Part shown: positions 56,001 to 64,000 of the stretch, one piece after another
Layout of the letters: each line of letters starts with the position of its first letter
How positions within the stretch are numbered: the first letter of the stretch is position 1
Origin: Eledone cirrhosa
Taxonomy: Eukaryota
NCBI GenBank assembly: GCA_964016885.1
Contig: OZ024741.1
Location: forward strand, 296,050,001-296,114,000
DNA length: 64,000 nt
Direction of reading: 5' to 3'
Translations under genes and position numbers: made by a program
Notes under the pieces: generated by a model
What the model saw: the letters and a program-made list of their open reading frames with translations, nothing else
Told to the model about the DNA's origin: nothing
The model's database searches: none

Positions 56001-56511
56001 CAAAAATGTTTGTTGTGTATATGATAACGCCATGTTCCTTCCAAAATGACATTTTAATGTTTCATTAATAATTTGTAAAAGCATGTGGCTTATTGGTTAG
56101 GCTGTTGGACTCACGATCGTAAAGTGATGAGTTCGATTCCAGGTTTGAGCGGTGCAATATGTTCTTCAGCAAGACACTTTATTTTACGTTACCCCAATCC
56201 ACCCAACTCGAATAACTGTGTTACGACGACACAGGTGTCAAACTTTATCGGGCTTTACCTTTCCCTAGGATATCATGCGCGACTATTGGTCTTCTACAAA
56301 ACACCCTGCCAAGCTTTGGGCATGGGAGAAGTAAACAGGTGATCAATCAGTCAGTCATGGGTTTATAATCCATGGCTAATCAAGACCGAAGGGAGCCCTT
56401 ACCTGTTTTCATGTTTGTTTAGTAATTGTATTGTAAACAACATTCTAGTGTACATGCTACGAACCCCAACGAGCCTAAATAACTTCAAAATGTTGGATAG
56501 TGAGTCATATA

Positions 56512-56693
56512 CAGTGAAATTACGTTATAACAAAATTCATTGGGTATAAAAAAAATTGTAACGAAAAATTCTTTATGACGAGATCGACCGAAACAAATCG
56601 AGCGTTTGTTGGTTATTACCTCGGGAATTGAAAAAAATATGATTATACTGAAAAAATCGTTATAATGGTAGTCGTTATAGCAGAATATTACCT
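56512..56693. mobile_element. Degenerate Tigger-type MITE
   Basis: TA-CAGTGAAATTACGTTATAAC at the left end and CGTTATAGCAGAATATTACCTATA at the right end, with internal CGTTATA repeats. Confidence 0.45.
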
Positions 56694-56733
56694 ATAGTAA
56701 TTATCCTTCCCCAAGAATATTATAACTCTCAAA

Positions 56734-56921
56734 AGGCGGTGGATTGGCAGTATCGGTAGAGGGTCGGACGCCATGCTTTCCAGCATAGTTACGTCCCTTT
56801 ACGATCTGAGTTCAAATCCCGCCGAGGTTGACTTTGCCTTTCATCCTTACGGGGTCGATAAAATAAAGTACCAGTAATGCACTGGGTAATTGCTGGCCTT
56901 GTGCCAAAAGTAGAAACAATT
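56734..56921 (+). mobile_element. OK-like tRNA-derived SINE, full length
   Basis: GGCGGTGGATTGGCAGTATCGGTAGAG...GAGTTCAAATCCCGCCGAGG...GTAGAAACAATT. Confidence 0.88.
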
Positions 56922-57195
56922 ATATCTCTCGAAAGTTAAGAGTCGAAACAGTTGCTTGAAGGGGGTTTTCTTCGCTGAATTCCGTCTGAATTCAGTCACA
57001 GTGGTTGAATGGTACAAATGCTGGTTACATAATTGTATAACTGGTAATTTTCAATGGCAAAGACTGTTCAGAGTTCAATCACCTCGCGCCCGGAAGAAGA
57101 AGTAGAATTTTGCTTCTTGTTTTCCTAGAAGTTAGAATATAGCATCCATTGGCGTGGCTGGGCTAAAGCCCCGCTATCCTCGCTAGTTCTAGCTT

Positions 57196-57245
<50 letters not shown>

Positions 57246-57269
57246 TGTAATAAACAACATAAGATAATT

Positions 57270-57334
57270 ATTTCATTTACCAGTGGTTTCTTGGAGATAG
57301 ATATTTGTGTCTGTCTTGATTCATCAGAAGAAAT
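57270..57334 (-). ncRNA. Type-I hammerhead ribozyme motif
   Basis: Minus strand reads ATTTCTT-CTGATGA-(AGACAGA/TCTATCT)-GAAACCACTGGTA-AATGAAAT. Its 5' part is mirrored at 57345-57362. Confidence 0.6.
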
Positions 57335-57639
57335 ATTTATTAAAATATTTCTTCTGATGAATGAATCCGGTGATATCATCAGGTATTGGAATATAACAAA
57401 GGAATATGTAAAAAGCCATGGGTCCGAAAAATCAGAGACAGAGAGGACGGCTGACCAACTAGCTTCTGAGCCAGCCGCCCTCATAAATATATATATATAT
57501 ATATATATATACTTTGGGAGGGTCATGTTGCCAATAAGAAACACATGCACAAGTCGCTTTCACTTCAATTTATTATAAATTAAATTTATAAATTTAGGAA
57601 TTTATAAATTTCCAGTTGGTTGGTTCCACAACCAGACGA

Positions 57640-58425
57640 TTGTTCATATATTGTCAAAGTTCTTTCGTCACACATTCTGTGACCTCTGTAGTGACTGGCG
57701 ATTCTTTTCTTTGTTTTTGTGCCTCTCCTTTGTTCTATCCTACGCCATCTTGTTTTTGTGTGTGTTGTGTGCTTAGTTTGCGCATGTGTTACATCCGGGT
57801 GTCTGTGTGTGTGTTTATATTTGTTTATTTATTTGTTTATTTACATGTTACTGGTTGGTTGTTTGTTCTATGGGTGTGTGTGTTTTCATTTTGTCCTTAA
57901 TTGTAAGTTGTGATGTTGCTATTCCATTCATGCTTTCTATTTAATTTTGGTTGGAGTTCATTTATGTTTATTGCCTCTGTGATTTGTCTAAACATTGCGT
58001 CTTTTCTGTGTGTAGATTCTATTTTTATTTCTATGTTCTTTAATTTACCCTTATGTTCTATTTTAGCATGTTGGTAGAGTACAGATGATTCTTTACTATC
58101 TTGAAGCTCTCGCCAGTGTTCATTTATCCGTTCTCCTATACTACGAGCTGTCTCACCTATGTACACTATATTCTTATCTTTACATTGTCTTATCTTTACA
58201 TTGTCTTATCTTTACACTATATTCTTATCTTTACATTGTCTTATCTTTACATTGTCCTTCAGTACATCTTATGCTATATACTACATTTCTAGTTTTACAG
58301 TTAATATGGGGGCTTAGTTTACAGATTATACATTTCTTATCTATACAGGGAGGTCTTTGAAAAGGGTATGTATTGCTAATAAGTGTTTTTATGGAGGTAC
58401 CTGGTCTTTCTACTATCTTATGTTT
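57640..58425 (-). mobile_element. Penelope-like element 3' part (Cys linker, GIY-YIG, 3' repeat with mutated hammerhead at 57653-57695)
   Basis: CIICK...CKTRNVVYSIRC...YIGETARSIGERINEH...RQITEAINI...LNRKHEW. A short tandem duplication lies at about 58160-58255. Confidence 0.85.
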
Positions 58426-58785
58426 GTTGACAGCGAAAGACGCGTTCCGGACTTGTCCGACAGACAACCTTTTCCCCCACCTCGGAAAAAAACCCCAGTT
58501 GATGGATGTGAATCCGAAATATATAGGGACTATTAAATCTCTCCCAAGGTAACTCTCTCTTGTGTTGTCATTTTTATTTTTATCCTTGATACTCTTCCCT
58601 TCATTCTACACATCTCACACATCTTATACACACCACGCATCTCAACGTACACCCACTTACATCTCTCTCTCCACCACCGGACCTTGTTACCCGGAGATTT
58701 ACCCATTTGCATTGTCGAGGCTTCCAAACGACTTAAAGATATTTATTTATTGTTCCACAATGCTTCAAGCAAACTTCAATACTCT

Positions 58786-58912
<127 letters not shown>

Positions 58913-59034
58913 AAAGTTTGGTTACATAGCTGAAAATGAAACAAAGTCCTTTTATGCCAATCATTGAAAAGATACTTTTTTGTCACTGAAAGAGATTACA
59001 GGCAAACACAAGCGTTACACTTTGTATATGAGGA

Positions 59035-59200
59035 TTGGCGGGTGATCATTAACAAGTCCGAAGCTCAAACACTGCAGGTTGTCGGTCTCCATCTAGAAAA
59101 GGGTTGTTTCTCACATGTTCAATTTAGATTTTTGGAGAATAGGAAGCCCCATATATGGCCCAAAGAATAAAGTTGAAAACAGTGCATATACGGAAGTTCA
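59035..59200 (+). mobile_element. Helitron helicase motif fragment
   Basis: IINKSEAQTLQVVGLHLEKGCFSHVQF resembles the TINKSQGQ...CFSHGQ motif. Confidence 0.55.
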
Positions 59201-59605
59201 GTAAATGTTTTATAATTTTCGGAGAAAAGATTAGTTGAAAAACACGAAAAACCTTAATTAGTACCAATTTTATTTAGTGTTGTTAGCAGTCAACAAACAT
59301 TTATTATAAGTATTATAGATATTTATTTCTTCCACAAATGTGTTTTATATTTACAGTCAAAATTTATTTCGCTTTTCTTTCATTATTTTCCATTCCCTTC
59401 TTTTATTACACTTGTTTAACCAAAGCCTCCAGTACAATACAATATATCCGTGATGCTCAGATTACGTATCAAGCGATGGCATTACTTGAAATCGAGTTGC
59501 AGCCATCATCATCATCATCCATCATATGTGTGTGTGTGTATACACACACACTCATTATTTTGTGTATGTATATGTATATATATAAAGCACAGTAAAGAGA
59601 GACGA

Positions 59606-59636
<31 letters not shown>

Positions 59637-59773
59637 AATATATGTGTGTGTGTATATATAATATATATATATATGTGTTTGTGTGTGTTCGTCTCTCTTT
59701 CCTGTGCTATAAGGCTCGGGAAATTTGTTTGCTTGAGCTAATTTGATTATAAAGGACTATTGTGAGTTTTTAG

Positions 59774-59817
<44 letters not shown>

Positions 59818-59992
59818 GATGATGATGACGGCTGCACCTGCCCGTCTCTTCAATCTTTCTAATTTCTCATTCTTTCTTCTGATGAAGAACTAGCGTCCGA
59901 GACGTTAAAACCCTCTTCCTGCTATTTCAAGCATTAAACTAATATATTCCTTCCATATACTGTACCGTTTGTGTCGTTATATCTGTTTACCC

Positions 59993-60047
<55 letters not shown>

Positions 60048-60061
60048 GCGCGCGCACACAC

Positions 60062-60099
<38 letters not shown>

Positions 60100-60102
<3 letters not shown>

Positions 60103-60512
60103 AAATATTAAACAAATAATGAATAAAACAATGAAACAGTTCCTTATATTAAACAAAAAAAGTTCATTATTTAACGATCGTTTCTAGGATATATATGTGT
60201 TAGAATTGGCATGCATATTCAACAGATCTATGTACAAAATTATACAAAATTATACAAACTATCAAGATTAAATATACATACCAAACACACATATATGCCG
60301 TCTTCAGAAGACGGCATATATGTGTGTTTGGTATGTATATTTAATCTTGATAGTTTGTATAATTTTGTATAATTTTGTACATAGATCTGTTGAATATGCA
60401 TGCCAATTCTAACACATATATATCCTAGAAACGATCGTTAAATAATGAACTTTTTTTGTTTAATATAAGGAACTGTTTCATTGTTTTATTCATTATTTGT
60501 TTAATATTTTAT
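60100..60512. repeat. Near-perfect palindrome, about 205-bp arms, 1-nt loop
   Basis: Centre GCCGTCTTC-A-GAAGACGGC at 60306. The arms differ only by about 1-nt homopolymer indels. Confidence 0.9.
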
Positions 60513-60643
60513 CTTGACTCTGTATTCCGTTTATCTTTCACCGAAAGTGATTTTTCATTACATCTCTTCTTTCCATGATATCCGAAATACATTGAGTTCT
60601 TCATACGGATTGGACACTACCGTAAACTCTTGGTAGATTTATC

Positions 60644-60727
<84 letters not shown>

Positions 60728-60777
60728 ATATATTCAATATATTAATAAATGGAAACTATATTTATAAAACCATAATT

Positions 60778-60841
60778 ATTTTATTATATATATTTCAAGG
60801 GCAACCAAGGCAAATTTTGGTGCGCTTTCATCAGATAAAAT
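60778..60841 (-). ncRNA. Type-I hammerhead ribozyme (55215 family)
   Basis: Minus strand reads ATTTTAT-CTGATGA-AAGCGCACCAAAATTTGCCTTGGTTGCCCTT-GAAATATATATA-ATAAA. Confidence 0.65.
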
Positions 60842-60930
60842 ACAAAATTTGTTTTATAAATGTTGACATACCCGTAGAAAAACAACGTTGATGGTTGAAG
60901 GTTCTCTGGATAGTCATTAAATATAACCTT

Positions 60931-61000
<70 letters not shown>

Positions 61001-61124
61001 TATATATTAATAAAAGGAATTCCAACTTTGTCTGATTTACTCGTTTTATATTTACAATCCTTTAAAATTTATAATGGTATTAGAATGAAATAGTATGGTA
61101 GAATATTAAATGTTAAGTGTTAAT

Positions 61125-61163
61125 TGAACAAGTACTTTCATGCTTTCGCAATCTTCAGGTTCA
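61125..61163 (-). ncRNA. Minimal type-I hammerhead ribozyme, identical to 39071-39109
   Basis: Exact reverse complement of the 39071 motif. Confidence 0.8.
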
Positions 61164-61584
61164 TAATGTGTGGTGACAGTCAAGTTTGCAATTTTCAACA
61201 CTATATATACAACACTCTGCCATACACACGCATACACACACATACGTACGCACACACTAACATACATTCACACAGACACATGCTCACACACAGATACACA
61301 CACACATACTCACGCACAGATACACAGACACACGGTGTCATATACTCATACATACACCCACACAAGCACATACTTACGTACACACTCTATCACACATAAC
61401 ACGCACACACGTATACACACTCTATCACACACACACACACACACACACACACAGATGTATATCAGGTGTCTTGCTTGTGTAGAATTTCGTACAGAGAAAC
61501 TCTCTATTACTTCCTCGTATTTATTTCAGTCTAGTACATGTTATCGATCAGCAGTTCTCTCATTGCCAAACACACGCGCGCGCG

Positions 61585-61649
<65 letters not shown>

Positions 61650-61887
61650 GTGCACACTCCTTCACACACATGTGGTCCAGAAATAGCCTAGCCGTCGAAA
61701 CGGCTTGAGCTCTGCCGTCGGGGTTAAACTTTTTCCTATATATATATATGTGAAACTAAAAACCATATCATTTGTACTGCTTCTCTGTATTATTCTTCCC
61801 TGTTCATTTATTAAACTATATATATGTATATATATATATTATTCAAAGTATCAACAAATGAAAAATATTCTCATAATCAAAATATAT

Positions 61888-61951
61888 ACTTTATTATATA
61901 TATTTCAAAGGTACTGTGTTGTTTTTTCGGTACGTCCTCATCAGACACAAT
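61888..61951 (-). ncRNA. Hammerhead motif (47766 family), weak stem I
   Basis: Minus strand reads CTGATGA-GGACGTACCG...CAGTACCTTT-GAAATATATATA. Confidence 0.5.
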
Positions 61952-62199
61952 ATATGATTTGATATCTTTGGCTTTATATATATATATATAGTTTTGCGAG
62001 GTTTTTGATATGAAATCGTGTGTCGAAACAAATATTGTTATACTTGGGGAGGGTCATATTTGTGTAATATTGCCAGAATTAATAACAGAACACACTCACT
62101 GTTTGGTTGGTTTTCGCTTTTCGCTTCTGTGTCTTTTTTATCGGTTAATTTAATTTATTCGGTCCTGAATGTTGCCATTGACTTACCAACGGTCAAAAA

Positions 62200-63420
62200 T
62201 ACAGATACAATATAGACACAAACACATATATATAGTCTATCAAAGTTCTTTCGTTGCACATCTGCAACATCGTCAGTGGTGCTATTGTTTCCTCCTGTTG
62301 CATTGTATTTTCTACGCCATCTTTATTTAGTCTGTTTATATATTTATTTATTTTATTGTATTTTTTTTTGTCTTCTTTGCGCATGCATTTGCGCGTGTGT
62401 ATAGTGTTTTGTTTGATGTGTGTTCGTGATTGGGTGACTGTGTATTGGTTAATGTATTCTATCTTTACTAGTGTGTGTTTATATGTGTTTGTTGTTATTG
62501 TGCTTGTGTATGTATTTATTTATTTATCTATTTATTTATTTATTTATACTTCTCTTAGGTCAGTGTTGTTTGTTTTGGGTGTTATTGTTATTCCATTCAT
62601 TTTTTCTGTTTAGTCTTGGCCTTCTAAGTTCTATTTCACTGGCCTCTCTGATTAGCCTATCTGCTGTGTCATTTCTATGTTTAGATATTATTCTAATTTC
62701 TATGTTGTCTATGTTACCGTCGTGTTGTTGTCTGGCATGTTCGTATAGTACTGAACCGTCTTTTCGTCCTTTTAGTTCCCCCAGTGTTGGTCTATCCTTT
62801 CACCTATGCTACGAGCTGTCTCGCCTATGTATGTTGTCATGTTTCTGCAAGTACCCTCTGTACATCTTATGCTATAGACTACGTTTCTAGTTTTACAATT
62901 TATCCGGGGGTTTACTTTACATATTATACATTTCCTATTAGTACAGTGGGTTTTCTTAAAAGGGTAGGTTTTGCAGATCAGGGATTTGATGGTGGTTCCT
63001 GGCTTTTCTACCACCTTAATCTTTAAGTGGGTATTTCTCAGGGCCTTTCTACACTGGTTAGCTAATTTCCCTCCAGGGGTAGAGTCCACAAACATGACAC
63101 TCTGGCATCTCTGGTTGTCGTACCATGAGGTGGCTTTCCCTATCTTATGTCTAGCCCTATCTAAGCTATTCCATGATTTGCTCCTGTATAATGGGCAAAT
63201 TCCTTTCATGTCCAGTTCTATGAGGGTCTTATACTTTCCATAGCTCCTTCGTATACTCTGACTCTGTCTCTTTGGTTGTAGCCAGAGAACTGCATGCGGT
63301 TGATAAAGTGTTGGATGTGTCTTTCCATTTCTGTTGGGTCGCACATGCGGGACACGTTCTTCATCACTCGTACCAAGTCTGCGATCAGAATATTAAACTT
63401 AGCACTACTGGACATTGTTG
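62200..63420 (-). mobile_element. Penelope-like retroelement 3' portion (RT C-terminus, linker and GIY-YIG; frameshifted)
   Basis: LIADLVRVMKNVSR...MQFSGY, PLYRSKSWN, SVMFVDSTPGGKLA, KVVEKPG, CIICK...CKTRNVVYSIRC and TYIGETARSIGERIDQH. Same family as 57640-58425. Confidence 0.88.
62239..62280 (-). ncRNA. Minimal hammerhead ribozyme in the Penelope 3' repeat
   Basis: Minus strand reads ACCA-CTGACGA-TGTTGCAGATGTGCAAC-GAAAGAACTT-TGAT. Stem II is GTTGCA/TGCAAC. Confidence 0.65.
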
Positions 63421-63532
63421 AGTTTTTGTTTTTACCTGATACTCAAAGACTCAGCAGGCGGCGAGAAAGAGAGAGAAGAAGGAATAGAGGGAGAGTGATA
63501 CACTCACAGCTAGTAGTAGTAGTAGTAGTAGT

Positions 63533-63590
<58 letters not shown>

Positions 63591-64000
63591 ATCGAGGTAA
63601 GATATGAATTTTATGAATATCGCTAGAAATGATGTCATGTGAAGAAATGTTTCCTTCTTGAATGAGTTCTCTATATATGGACATAACCACGCCCATATGA
63701 CATCATGTAGGAGTAACCCACAATAGGACATCAACTAATGGAAACGATGATTGTCAGTGATACCTAATTAACATAAATAATTCATGTCAAGAAGTCCTTG
63801 TGTCGCGTGACAGAAAGATGAACTAAAAATCTTGGCCAGTTGTTTGAAAGACACGGTTTCACTTCCCTCTAACAGCGCCCAGTGTTATAATTAGATGTCC
63901 CACTTAGTTTAAATAGTTTGTTATCGCAAAAGGCATTAACGCCACGGAATCACCTTTTCTTATATTCTGTTTTACATGAATAATTGTTACATATGCTCGT

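Noticed and set aside
56734-56825. SINE heads as functional tRNA genes
   Set aside because: A and B boxes are present but there is no complete cloverleaf, and each continues into a shared SINE body.

Overview
This is AT-rich, microsatellite-saturated eukaryotic DNA, probably intergenic or intronic. It most likely comes from an octopod cephalopod, inferred from many copies of an octopus OK-like tRNA-derived SINE. I found no host protein-coding gene that I can support. The window is a mosaic of mobile elements. (1) One apparently intact R4/Dong-type non-LTR retrotransposon (1169 aa; RT, CCHC finger and restriction-like endonuclease) sits inside a (CATA)n microsatellite. (2) Decayed RTE, CRE-like, L1/Tx1-like ORF1, Gypsy, Helitron, mariner and Tigger-type MITE pieces are scattered throughout. 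(3) There are five Penelope-like GIY-YIG fragments. (4) A 5.5 kb phase-preserving Thr/Asn triplet repeat forms one long open frame. Not visible in the ORF track are about 17 minimal type-I hammerhead ribozyme motifs with both core boxes (CTGANGA...GAAA...NUH), plus several degenerate ones, from several sequence families. Many lie next to Penelope ORF ends or inside 100-240 bp fold-back palindromes set in (TA)n tracts. All calls were made by eye and boundaries are approximate.
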